Assembly: GCA_963796685.1 (NCBI GenBank)
Contig: CAWCMR010000026.1
Span: 1-64,000 of the forward strand
Length of the DNA stretch: 64,000 nucleotides
Reading direction: 5' to 3'
From: an uncultured delta proteobacterium
GTDB lineage: Bacteria; Myxococcota_A; Polyangia; Fen-1088
The notes beneath the pieces were generated by a model. That model was given only the letters and a program-made list of their open reading frames with translations, did not search any database and was not told where the DNA came from. The position numbers were made by a program, and so were the translations under genes. Shown piece after piece: positions 50,501 through 60,136 of this stretch. The first letter of the stretch is position 1, and each line of letters starts with the position of its first letter.

Positions 50501-51712
50501 TGATGCGCTTCGAGGGCAAGCTCTCACCCACCGCGACCGAGTCCATCTACGCGCTCTATCGCTCGCGCGACGTCGGCCGGCAACTCGATCCCGGCAGCCC
50601 CTTCTGGCGCAGTCTCTACCACTGGGAAGCTCACCTCCGGCGCGCAAAGCCGGATCATCCCCGGCCTCGTGCCGCAATTGAATTACAACCTGATCTACGA
50701 CGACAATCGTACGGCCCCGATCGCCCCTGGCGCGGCTGCAAGTGCCACGCCAGCAGGCGCGCCTGCAGCCGCAGGCTCAGGCGTCTTGAGCGTGAACCAG
50801 TGGGCCAACACGGGGCCCGCGGGCTCGGCCATCACGCCGGTCGGGCCGGGGCCCCTGGCTCTTCAAGCCCCAACGGTGACGGTGACGGGGTCGATCGGCG
50901 CGGGGCTTGGCATCTACCCCGGACAGTGGTTCGCCAAGCTTGCCCCGCTCGCCCTTTCCCCCAGCGTCGCGGTCGGTGACAGCGAGCAGACCGTCACCGG
51001 CTACAAAACCACCTACGGCCGCGTCTACGACTTCGTGGTGCTGGAAGTGTGGGGGGGGCGAAAATTGGAGATGCAGCTCTATCAGCGCTACCGTGTCACG
51101 ACCACCTCGACCGACGCTCAGCCCGAGCCCTACGAGAGCGCGACCACCACCATCCTGCAGAACCGCATCGTCTACCGGCCCATCTTCACCTCGCCCATTA
51201 CGCTTCTCCTCAACTATGCCAAGGATCGGGGCATCAATGACCCGACGCTGATTTCGAACGCCGGTCCGTGGTGGACCAAGGAAAGCTATCAGAGCACCCT
51301 GCAGTGGCTGATGCGTTGGAACCAGACGTTCACCACACGCTCGACCGCCACGGGAACGCTGGAGCGCACCTCGGACTCTTTCGCGGCGGGCGCCGATTCG
51401 GGCGAGTATCTACCCGCGGATCACTCCAAGTACTCCGTGTACGGCGAATTTCAGATCCGAATCTACCCGTTGCCTGAAGTCTCGGCCCTCTACATCTACC
51501 AGACCTCGGGCGTCGCGCGCTGGTTCGGCAGCGGCGTTGGCGCCTTCGAGGCATGGGAGCTCCTGCCGGCCGCCGGCGTGATCTGGCGCCTGGGCGACAA
51601 GCTGTATCTCGATGCGCAGTTCAGCTACGACTATCTCGGCTGCATGTCGGGCATCGCCTGCGCGCCTGTCTCGAGGGTGCTTCCGCACCTGTACTTCACC
51701 ATGAATCTGTAG
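47527..51712 (+). CDS. ~1390-aa putative outer-membrane protein: beta-propeller + SprA-like motif + DUF6599-like insert + beta-barrel; frameshift near 50627
   Basis: Signal peptide, WFGT.KGL/DGLPS propeller repeats, GTDYTIVYTAGQL..VEYE, LYNQIDGGAPKY, amphipathic strands, C-terminus YFTMNL. Confidence 0.65.
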
Positions 51713-51730
51713 CGGCGGGGTGATACCCTC

Positions 51731-52726
51731 GTGAACGTCATGCGTAGTCGGTGCCTGCTCTCGTTCCTGCTTGCTTCGGCGACGCTTTCCGCCTGCAAGT
51801 CGCGCACGACCGAGGTCGTCGTCTTCTACGCCAGCAGCCTCTCGGCGGTCTTGGGCGACGCGGCCGAGGCGTTCCACAGGGCCAATCCGGACCTACGCGT
51901 CCGCCTCGAGCCCTCGGGCTCGCAGGTGGCCGTACGCAAGGTGGTCGAGCTCGGCATGCGCGCCGACATCGTGACCGTCGCCGATGCGGCCCTCATCGAC
52001 AAGATGATGATCCCTGCGCACGCCACCTGGAACGCCGTGTTCGCGACCAACGAGATCGTCATCGCCCACAAGGATCACAGCAAGTGGACGGAGCAGATCA
52101 CGGCGCAAAACTGGCCCGAGATCCTCACGCGCCAGGGCGTTCGGCTCGGGCGGGCCGATCCCGACACCGCACCGGTCGGTTACCAGACCCTGATGGTCTG
52201 GCAGCTCGCCGAGACATCAGGCCTCTACGGTCCCGCGGGTGCGCAGCTATCCGAGCGCATGAAGGCCCAATGTTCGAAGGATCACGTGGTCCACGACGAG
52301 GCCGAGCTTCTGGCTCTGCTCGAATCGCGGGCCATCGACTACGCCTTCCTCTTTCGGTCGACCGCCGAGGACCACCACCTCAAGATTCTGGCGTTGCCGC
52401 CGGAGATCAACCTGTCCCGACAGGACCAGGCCGCGTCCTATGCCCGCGTCAAGGTCGGGATCCGCATGAAACAAGGGCAGGGCAAGGCAAGCATCGTCGG
52501 CGCTCCGGTGACCTATGGCCTCGCCATTCCGAACCGTGCCCCCCATGCCGCCGCCGCCAGCCGCTTCGTCGCCTTCTTGCTTGGCCAGTCCGGCCGCCGT
52601 TTGTTCGAGCGCAGAGGCTTCCACCCCGTCTCGCCCGCCCGGTGCGTTGCGTGCGCCGGCCTTCCCGCGGAGCTCCAGGCGCTCGTGCTGTCCGCCGCGC
52701 CCGCCGCCGAGGCGGCAACGCCGTGA
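51731..52726 (+). CDS. WtpA/ModA-like oxyanion (tungstate/molybdate) ABC substrate-binding lipoprotein
   Basis: Lipobox LSAC; ASSL, SGSQ, FATNE, DP..PVGY, E.ELL.LLE..IDYAF, LPPEINL and TYG. Confidence 0.78.
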   Translation: MNVMRSRCLLSFLLASATLSACKSRTTEVVVFYASSLSAVLGDAAEAFHRANPDLRVRLEPSGSQVAVRKVVELGMRADIVTVADAALIDKMMIPAHATWNAVFATNEIVIAHKDHSKWTEQITAQNWPEILTRQGVRLGRADPDTAPVGYQTLMVWQLAETSGLYGPAGAQLSERMKAQCSKDHVVHDEAELLALLESRAIDYAFLFRSTAEDHHLKILALPPEINLSRQDQAASYARVKVGIRMKQGQGKASIVGAPVTYGLAIPNRAPHAAAASRFVAFLLGQSGRRLFERRGFHPVSPARCVACAGLPAELQALVLSAAPAAEAATP

Positions 52727-53943
52727 AACGCGCCTGGGTCCAAGCGGCGGTCGCGACGGTCGTTTTGGCCGCGATTCACGTTGGTATCGGCATGGCGCCC
52801 ATGTCGCCGTTTTCGCTGGGCGTGAACCTGGCGCTGTTCTTCACCAACCTCTTCGTGTTCTACACCGCGGCCATGGTGCTGCGCCGGCGCTCGGCGCGCT
52901 CGGTGTTGCTCTTCGTCGCCGGATACTCCGCGCTGTTCGTGCTGATCCTTGCCGTACTGAACAAGCCGCCGCTCTTCATCCTGCTGGTCATCGCCTACGC
53001 GGGGTTCTTCGGGGCGCCGGTGCTGCTCGGGTTCTTCGCCATCTTCGTTCTCTGCTTCGTGATCCTGCAGCCCTTCGCCTTCGAAACCTTCATTCCGCTC
53101 TCGCTCATCTACTCGGTCTACTGGATGACGCGCGGGAAAGCCTCGCGCTTCGCGCGCTTGTGTCTGTGTGGGGGCCTCTTGGCCCTGACCTTGGTGCTCT
53201 TTCCTCTCATCTACTTGAGCATGCAGGATTCCTTGCAGACGCTCTGGCGCACCTTCATGCGAGGAGACGTGGCCAGCGCCATCTGGCTGAGCCTGCTCAC
53301 CTCGACCATCGCCACGGTGGTGTTGGCAGTCTGGTCCGTGCCGCTCGCCTATGCACTGGCGCGCATCGATTTTCCGGGCAAGCGCTGGGTCGAGTCCATC
53401 GTCGACGTCCCCATCTTGGTTCCGCAGTCGGTGGCCGGGGTGGCGCTGATCGTGCTGCTCGGTCCGGGCAGCGTTCTCGGCGGTGCGTTCGAGAGCCTCG
53501 GGTTGCCCATTTCGGGCTCGCTGCTCGGCATCGTCATCGCGCAGGTTTTCGTGGCCGCGCCCTTTCTCGTGAAGACGGCGATGACGGCCTTCGAGGCGGT
53601 GCCGCTACAGTACGAGCTGGCATCGCGCAGCCTGGGCGCGTCGCCGGCCGCCACCTTCGCGCGCATCTCGCTGCCACTGGCCTCGCGCGGAATCATGGTC
53701 GGCGCCACGCTGGCCTGGGCGCGCGCCATCAGCGAATTTGGCTGCATCGTGCTCTTCGCCAGCTCGCCGGTCACCGCGCCGGTCCTGGTCCACACGGAAT
53801 TCTTGCGCGCCGGCGCCTCGGAAAGCCGGCCCATCGCCATTCTGCTGCTCATCATCTGCTTGTGGGTATTCGCGATGTTGCAGTTCGGGCAGTCCCTGAT
53901 GCCGTTCGCCCTGCGCGGCCCGCGCGGAGGCCGTCACCCATGA
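52723..53943 (+). CDS. WtpB/ModB-like ABC permease with extra N-terminal TM region
   Basis: VPLAYALAR..FPGK, DVPILVP and WARAISEFG. Confidence 0.82.
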   Translation: MKRAWVQAAVATVVLAAIHVGIGMAPMSPFSLGVNLALFFTNLFVFYTAAMVLRRRSARSVLLFVAGYSALFVLILAVLNKPPLFILLVIAYAGFFGAPVLLGFFAIFVLCFVILQPFAFETFIPLSLIYSVYWMTRGKASRFARLCLCGGLLALTLVLFPLIYLSMQDSLQTLWRTFMRGDVASAIWLSLLTSTIATVVLAVWSVPLAYALARIDFPGKRWVESIVDVPILVPQSVAGVALIVLLGPGSVLGGAFESLGLPISGSLLGIVIAQVFVAAPFLVKTAMTAFEAVPLQYELASRSLGASPAATFARISLPLASRGIMVGATLAWARAISEFGCIVLFASSPVTAPVLVHTEFLRAGASESRPIAILLLIICLWVFAMLQFGQSLMPFALRGPRGGRHP

Positions 53944-54725
53944 TCGAGCTGACGAACCTCCGCTGCACCTTCGGCGACTTCGCGCTGCGGGACATTTCCC
54001 TGCACCTCGACAAGGGCGACTACTGGGTCATCCTGGGTCCGAGCGGCTGCGGCAAGTCGGTCCTCTTGCAGACCATCGCGGGCTTCTTCGCGCCCGCGCA
54101 CGGGCGGATCCACGTGGACGGCCGCGACGTGACCGGGGTGGCGCCCGAGCATCGCAAGATGGGGCTCGTGTTTCAGCAGGCCGCGCTGTTCCCCCACAAG
54201 TCGGTTCGCGAGAACATCGCGTACGGCTTGCGTGCGCGCAAGGTCGCGCGCGAGGAGGTGGACCGCACCGTCGACGACTTGATCGTGCGTCTCGGGTTGC
54301 GTGCCATCCTCGGTCGTCCGGTGGCCACGCTCAGCGGGGGCGAGGCGCAGCGCGTGGCCGTGGCGCGCGCCCTGGCCATCAAGCCCGATCTGCTTCTTCT
54401 CGACGAGCCCATGAGCGCGCTCGACCACAACACGCGCCTCGAATTGCAGACGGAGCTGGCCAGGGTTCACAAGGAGCTGGGACTGACCACCCTGCACGTC
54501 ACGCACAGTCGCGAGGAGGCTGCGGCCTTGGGCGACCACGTCGCCATCATGCTGGGCGGCCGCATCGTGCAACGCGGAAGCGCGGCAGAAGTGCAAGGTC
54601 GACCGCGTTGTCCGTTCGTGGCGCGCTTCCTCGGACTGGAGCCGTCCTCTATTGTCGCATTGCCGGCCTGCGCCCACCGCTGCGTCGAAAAGCCGGGCGA
54701 ATGCGTCGCAGAAGAGGCAAGCTAA
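53940..54725 (+). CDS. WtpC/ModC-like ABC ATPase
   Basis: GPSGCGKS, LSGGE, LLLDEP and HVTH; short, with Cys-rich tail. Confidence 0.88.
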   Translation: MIELTNLRCTFGDFALRDISLHLDKGDYWVILGPSGCGKSVLLQTIAGFFAPAHGRIHVDGRDVTGVAPEHRKMGLVFQQAALFPHKSVRENIAYGLRARKVAREEVDRTVDDLIVRLGLRAILGRPVATLSGGEAQRVAVARALAIKPDLLLLDEPMSALDHNTRLELQTELARVHKELGLTTLHVTHSREEAAALGDHVAIMLGGRIVQRGSAAEVQGRPRCPFVARFLGLEPSSIVALPACAHRCVEKPGECVAEEAS

Positions 54726-54731
54726 GGGGCC

Positions 54732-55793
54732 ATGCAGCCGGAGCGCACACCTCTCGCCAAGGTCTTCAACACGCCGTTCCTGTCGCTCGACGGCACCAGC
54801 GTGGAGATGGCGACGCTGCTCTTCCTGTTCCTGGCGGTCCTCGTTATCAGCAATGCCCATCGTCATCGGCAGTTGATTCGGCGATTCGTGCAGGCGCTGT
54901 CGTTCGTGGTCTTCTTCTACGTCGTGTATTCGTGTCTGGGCGTGTTCGGCATGATCCGCAACGGACTCTACGGCCTGACGCTGGTGGGGTCGGCCTACAG
55001 CGAGTCCTTCTACTGGCTCGCCCTGCCCATCGTGATCATCGCCGTGACCTTGCTGCACGGCCCGGTCTTTTGCGGTTGGATCTGCCCCACGGGGAGTTTG
55101 CAGGATCTCTCCGGCTGGGTTCGCAAGCGGTTGCCGCGACGGCCGGGCGGCCTCAGCCGCGCGCAACTCTTCGCCATCGCCGGCGCGAGCCTGGGGTTCA
55201 TCGCGCTCATGGTTTGGCTGGGGGTCAGGAAGAAACTGTTCATCGAGGACTCGAGCTTGCACTGGGCCGCCATGCTGCTCCTCTTGTGCTGTCTGGTCCT
55301 GGCCGGCGTGATCGACGACATCCCGACGCGCAAGCTCCGCATCCTCAGCTTGGCCGCGATCTTCCTGACCGCGGTCTCGCACATGGTAGTGACCTCGCCC
55401 GTGCACTTCGCGTTCACGGCGCGTGACGATCCGGCCTCCGCGCTCACCACGCTGGTCATCCTCGTGGCTGGAACCTTCGTGCTGCGTTCCTGGTGCCGCT
55501 ACCTTTGTCCCTGGGGCCAATTCATGGGCTTTTTGCACAGGTTTTCCCGCCTGCGCATCCTGCTCGACGCCGGCAAGTGCAACCACTGCGGCGTGTGCGA
55601 CACCAGCTGCGACGTGGCTGCCATCGAGAAGGGCGTGATTCGCATCTCGAGCTGCCAGTTCTGCTACGCCTGCGTGGACCACTGCTCGAATTCGGCGCTG
55701 AAGGTCGAAGATGTGTGGTCGATTCGTACCAAGCAGGAAAGCGATCAGGCCCAAGCGAAGGCGTCCGCACCCGGCGAGAGCGCGCCGGCATGA
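54732..55793 (+). CDS. NapH/NosR-like membrane 4Fe-4S protein
   Basis: FCGWICPTG, WCRYLCPWG, CNHCGVCDTSC and CQFCYACVDHC. Confidence 0.82.
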   Translation: MQPERTPLAKVFNTPFLSLDGTSVEMATLLFLFLAVLVISNAHRHRQLIRRFVQALSFVVFFYVVYSCLGVFGMIRNGLYGLTLVGSAYSESFYWLALPIVIIAVTLLHGPVFCGWICPTGSLQDLSGWVRKRLPRRPGGLSRAQLFAIAGASLGFIALMVWLGVRKKLFIEDSSLHWAAMLLLLCCLVLAGVIDDIPTRKLRILSLAAIFLTAVSHMVVTSPVHFAFTARDDPASALTTLVILVAGTFVLRSWCRYLCPWGQFMGFLHRFSRLRILLDAGKCNHCGVCDTSCDVAAIEKGVIRISSCQFCYACVDHCSNSALKVEDVWSIRTKQESDQAQAKASAPGESAPA

Positions 55794-57259
55794 ATTCGCG
55801 CACCCTCGTCGCCGCCCTGGTTTGCTCGTTGCCATGTCCCGCCGCCGCCGCGGAATGCCAGGTTTGGTCGCAAAGTCGGTGCGACGCGCAGAACCAGGCC
55901 TCGATCGAGCTCGGTGCTGCCGATGCCGCCCCGCCGCACGCCTGGAGCTTCGACGGCAGCGGTCGCGTCTGGGGCTACGAGCCCGGTCTGACGGTCTGGT
56001 CCTCGCCCGCGCTGGGCGTGGCTGGTGACCAACCCATCGTCGTGGCGGGCAACTACGACCACACGATCTATTGTCTGAACGCCGCCACCGGCGAGACCCT
56101 GTGGCAGCTCACCACGGGGGGGCCAGTCTATGCGGCCCCGGTCTTTTTTCAGGATGGTGCACGCCAGATCGTGTTCGCCGCCTCCAACGACCGCATCGTG
56201 TATGCCATCGATCCCGCGCTGGGCCGCCAGATCTGGGTGCATGCGGTCGAGGACTTCCGTCCCACCCTGGGCGGTGCGCGCCTCGCCGCTCCTTGCGTGG
56301 GCGGTACCGGCGACCAGGGCGAGAAAGACGACGCGGTCTTCGTTCCCTACTGGATCTGGGATCGCTCGCTTGCCCACAGCGAGCAGCGAAGCGGCGTGGT
56401 CGCGCTCGCTGTCGAGGATGGACATCTCCTCTGGCGCGCGGATCTGGGGGACAACGAGTTGACCGCCGCCATCTTCGTGCGCTTGCAAGGCCGGGGAACG
56501 CTCTTCCTCGGCTCGTCGAGCGGCAACATCTACGCCATCGCGGCCAAGAGCGGCCAGGTGCTGTGGAAGAAGGCCGAGCTCGACTGCGTGCGAAGCCCAC
56601 CGGCTTTTGTTTCGACCAGCCAGGGACCCATGCTGGTAACGGGATCCAAGTTCGGGACCGTGCGCGGACTCGATGCGCTCACGGGGGCCGAGCGCTGGCA
56701 GTTCCGCACTGGCGACAGGATCACGGGGGCGCCGGCGACTCTCGCGGGAACGCCGCCGCGGGCTTTCGTGGGCTCGTACGATCGGAATCTCTACGCCATC
56801 GGGGCAGACGACGGCTCGGCGCTTTGGCACGACACGGCCCGCGGCGGGGTCTTTTCCTCGCCCGCCATCATCGCAGGCGGCGGTGAACCGATGGTGTTGT
56901 CCATGGCCTGGGACCACATGCTGCACGCAAACGCTCTCGACCGCGGGCGGCCGATCTTTTCCGCGTTCACCGGCCGGCCGCTGTGGAACGTGGGCGGCAT
57001 GGACGACAGCAATTGGTCTTCGCCGGCCGCCGGGCGCATCCACGGTCATTGGATGGCGTTCGTGGGCAGTTACGACGGAACCTTGCGCGCGCTTCCACTC
57101 GGCGCGCACGAACGCTCGGCGCCAGAGCTTCGATCCAATCTGTGGTTCTGGCTTTCCTTCCCGATCTTTCTCGTGCCCATCGCCGCCGTTGCGATTCTTC
57201 TCACCCGGCGCGAGCGGCGACGCAGGCTCGGGCTCGGGGCCTCTATTCCAGCTCGTTGA
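55790..57259 (+). CDS. PQQ-like (BamB-type) beta-propeller protein with C-terminal TM anchor
   Basis: SSPA / GSYD..LYA repeats, signal peptide, C-terminal hydrophobic helix followed by RRERRRR. Confidence 0.75.
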   Translation: MNSRTLVAALVCSLPCPAAAAECQVWSQSRCDAQNQASIELGAADAAPPHAWSFDGSGRVWGYEPGLTVWSSPALGVAGDQPIVVAGNYDHTIYCLNAATGETLWQLTTGGPVYAAPVFFQDGARQIVFAASNDRIVYAIDPALGRQIWVHAVEDFRPTLGGARLAAPCVGGTGDQGEKDDAVFVPYWIWDRSLAHSEQRSGVVALAVEDGHLLWRADLGDNELTAAIFVRLQGRGTLFLGSSSGNIYAIAAKSGQVLWKKAELDCVRSPPAFVSTSQGPMLVTGSKFGTVRGLDALTGAERWQFRTGDRITGAPATLAGTPPRAFVGSYDRNLYAIGADDGSALWHDTARGGVFSSPAIIAGGGEPMVLSMAWDHMLHANALDRGRPIFSAFTGRPLWNVGGMDDSNWSSPAAGRIHGHWMAFVGSYDGTLRALPLGAHERSAPELRSNLWFWLSFPIFLVPIAAVAILLTRRERRRRLGLGASIPAR

Positions 57260-57794
57260 CGACCAGGGGGATCTGGCTACCGGTGACATCGCCGATGCTG
57301 TTGATCACGCCGGCTCGAGTAAATTCTGCCAAGGTCCCGTTGCAATTCATGTCGCCCTTCGAAAACGCGGTGAACTTCGCGGCGACCCCGGTTCCCGAGG
57401 CGCTGTACCCGGGCATGTAGTGGTGTGGATCCGGCATGGCGAAATCGAGCGCCTTCCAGACGGGATCCGAGGCCCAGATCGGGTTGTTGCCGGGGCAGGC
57501 GGCGCCAGTCAAGCAGCCGCATTCCCTCGCACTGGCCCAGGCCGCCGATGGGCCGGGGAACTCCTTGGTCAGGACCTTTCCGAACGCCACGGTGTGATCG
57601 GACTCGTAGTACGCCAGCGAGCCAACCCACTCTTTGTTCAGTTGCCCCACGGCCTCGGATGTTCTGGCTTTGCGGACGTACCGGCTGAAGGCGGGAATGG
57701 CGATGGCAGCCAGGAGCCCGATGATTGCCACGACAATCATCAGCTCGACCAGGGTGAATCCAGAGATCCCGTGTCGGATTCCACGTGGTGCCAT
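57243..57794 (-). CDS. pilA: Type IV major pilin-like protein
   Basis: G|[32 protein letters not shown] and GDMNCNG. Confidence 0.8.
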   Translation of the reverse strand: MAPRGIRHGISGFTLVELMIVVAIIGLLAAIAIPAFSRYVRKARTSEAVGQLNKEWVGSLAYYESDHTVAFGKVLTKEFPGPSAAWASARECGCLTGAACPGNNPIWASDPVWKALDFAMPDPHHYMPGYSASGTGVAAKFTAFSKGDMNCNGTLAEFTRAGVINSIGDVTGSQIPLVVNELE

Positions 57795-57834
57795 GCCTGC
57801 TCCTAAATGCCAAAGACCTTCTTGTTGCGGATTA

Positions 57835-57850
57835 TGCAGCAACAGTGCCA
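57835..57850 (-). promoter_or_regulatory. Sigma54 -24/-12 promoter of the pilin
   Basis: Minus strand reads TGGCAC-TGTTG-CTGCA. Confidence 0.7.
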
Positions 57851-58100
57851 AAAGCATCTTCGCCGGAAAGAATGGAAAAATCCATGGTCTTTCCAGTGAA
57901 TTGTGAGACGCGTCACTTGCCCCACTATCCCGTTGAGTTTACGGACTGCCACTTTTTGCCCCTTTGAAGGCGGAGATTGGACGTTTAGCGTCTGCTGCGA
58001 GAGGCGGCCTTATTCCCCGGCAACCGGATGTCGCGCCTTGGGGCGCCACTTCCCTGATCGCCGGTGAAATCCGAGCGCGGTTCGACTAGGCTTCGGCCTC

Positions 58101-59204
58101 ATGCGCCCCCCCACCGCACGCGTGTCACCTGCCGCCACGGGCCAGCTCGAGCTTCGAGAAGGCTCCAGCCGACTCGTGGCCCTGTTGCGCGAGAGACAGA
58201 AGTTGCTGGCCAACGTGACACGAAAGAAGGGCAAGCTCGAAAAGCTGCTCGCGACGGTGGACGCCCAGCATGTGCAGATGGTGCAGCTGTCGAGCGCGGT
58301 CCGGCCTCTGCTGGCGCAGGGACAGGCGCTCGATCGCGAGGTCCACGGGCTCTTCGCCGCCATCCTGGCCAGGCCGAGCCTGAAACGAAGAGATCGGCGC
58401 CTGATCCAGGATCTCTACCAGACGCTGCAGCTAAAGGGGGTTCTGACCCCCACGCCGGCTCCCGACGATGACCTGTTCGAATTCGACCATGGGTCTGGCC
58501 AGGGAGCATCGGACTTTCCCGCTGACGAGGTCCCGCCGTCGCCCGACCCGGCTGCTGAAAGTCCGTCCGCGAGGCGCGCGTCCGGCTCCACCGCGACGGC
58601 CATGCGGGATCTCTTTCGCCGCCTCGCGACCGCCATCCACCCCGACAAGGCCCAGGACGCGGATTCGCAGGAAAAGTGGACCGAGGTCATGAAGGAGGTG
58701 ACCCGCGCCTACCAAGACGGCGATCTGGCCCGCCTGCTCGAGCTGGAGAAGGTGTGGCTCGCGGGGGAGTCCCCCGACGCCGGCAACGATGAGGACGAGA
58801 CGGAACGGCGCTGCTCCAGCCTCGAGCAAACCAACCGCGAGCTGAAGCGTCAGCTCAAGGACCTGGACGCAAGAATGCGCGAGCTCAAGCGTTCGGCTCC
58901 CGCCGAGCTGGCAACCGCCCTTGGTCTTGGAGGCAGGCACGGGAATGCTCAGGTCAGCGAGGTGGTGTCCACGCTCGAAGACGAGGTCGAGGCTTTGCGG
59001 GAGACCCGTGATTTCGTGCAGTCCTTCGCTGACGGCAAGATCACCTGCGCCCAGTTCGTCGCTGGACCTTCGGGCGGGCAGGTCACGGATCCTGACGAGG
59101 AGCTCGAAATGGGCGATCTCGAAGATTTTCTCATCGACGCCTTCATGTCATCGGGCTTCGGCGCTCAGGGCCCCCGCGCTTCTCGCCGCCGCCGAGGGAG
59201 GTGA
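58101..59204 (+). CDS. Coiled-coil protein with central J-domain-like (HPD) motif
   Basis: RDLFRRLATAIHPDK..MKEVTRAY. Confidence 0.75.
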   Translation: MRPPTARVSPAATGQLELREGSSRLVALLRERQKLLANVTRKKGKLEKLLATVDAQHVQMVQLSSAVRPLLAQGQALDREVHGLFAAILARPSLKRRDRRLIQDLYQTLQLKGVLTPTPAPDDDLFEFDHGSGQGASDFPADEVPPSPDPAAESPSARRASGSTATAMRDLFRRLATAIHPDKAQDADSQEKWTEVMKEVTRAYQDGDLARLLELEKVWLAGESPDAGNDEDETERRCSSLEQTNRELKRQLKDLDARMRELKRSAPAELATALGLGGRHGNAQVSEVVSTLEDEVEALRETRDFVQSFADGKITCAQFVAGPSGGQVTDPDEELEMGDLEDFLIDAFMSSGFGAQGPRASRRRRGR

Positions 59205-59290
59205 AGGTGACCGGGAAACGGCTCCCAGGAGTCCCTACGCCCGTTTCCGCTTGCGCGATGAGTTGAGACGGAATTCGTTGCGCGGTCGCA

Positions 59291-59493
59291 CTAATCCCGC
59301 GACAAGAAGAGCGACAGCGCGGAACGTACCAGACAGAGACACCTTTCCACGACGGATGCACGCACCTGTCGGAACGATGACGGGTGGTCGTAGACGTAGA
59401 CGGCTCACCGTGGCCGTGGCCGACGAAGATCACTCCGGCCACGGCCAGGGCCACGACTACGACCACGACCCTCTGCGGCTATCGCGGGATTAG
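59291..59493 (+). mobile_element. ~200-bp MITE-like hairpin element, copy 4 (best-preserved ends)
   Basis: CTAATCCCGCGA...TCGCGGGATTAG perfect 12-bp inverted ends. Confidence 0.82.
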
Positions 59494-59581
59494 GGCGGTC
59501 GGCATAACCAACGCCGGGATCTGGCATCAAAGCCGATATGACAGTTCGAGTCGTCGCCTGTATTCCAAGAAGGAGGAATCC

Positions 59582-60115
59582 ATGAATCGCCTGCTCAGCT
59601 CTCGCATCCCGTTGGCCCTCGCTCTTGCCGGACTGCTTCCCGCGTGTGCATCGAAGCCCCAGACGAAGCCGACCGCCGGACCCGTGCGGCCGTTCGTCGA
59701 GCGCCACCCGAGCGTTCCGCAGGAAGCGCCCAACGCCACCACGACGACCGTGCACCTTTCCGACGAGATCGTTCGTGCTTGCGGGATTTCCGATCCCGAT
59801 TCCTACTTCGCGTTCGACTCGGCCCGGCTCAACGGCGAGGACGTGCGCGTGCTCGACCAGGTCGAAACCTGTTTCGCCTCGGGTCCCCTCAAGGGGCGCA
59901 AGATGAAGCTGGTGGGACGCGCGGATCCGCGCGGTAGCGAAGAGTACAACATGACGCTCGGCCAACACCGCGCCGACTCGGTCGTGAAGTACCTGGCGTC
60001 GAAGGGCCTGGCCAGCAACATGATGGAGAGCACCAGCCGCGGAAAGCTGGACGCCGTCGGCACCGACGAACCTTCCTGGGCGCACGATCGACGCGTCGAC
60101 ATCCTGCTCGACTAG
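59582..60115 (+). CDS. pal: Pal/OmpA-family peptidoglycan-associated lipoprotein
   Basis: Lipobox LPAC; YFAFDSA, GRADPRGSEEYNMTLGQHRA and DRRVD. Confidence 0.82.
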   Translation: MNRLLSSRIPLALALAGLLPACASKPQTKPTAGPVRPFVERHPSVPQEAPNATTTTVHLSDEIVRACGISDPDSYFAFDSARLNGEDVRVLDQVETCFASGPLKGRKMKLVGRADPRGSEEYNMTLGQHRADSVVKYLASKGLASNMMESTSRGKLDAVGTDEPSWAHDRRVDILLD

Positions 60116-60136
60116 CCCGGCCGAACAGCGAGGCGA

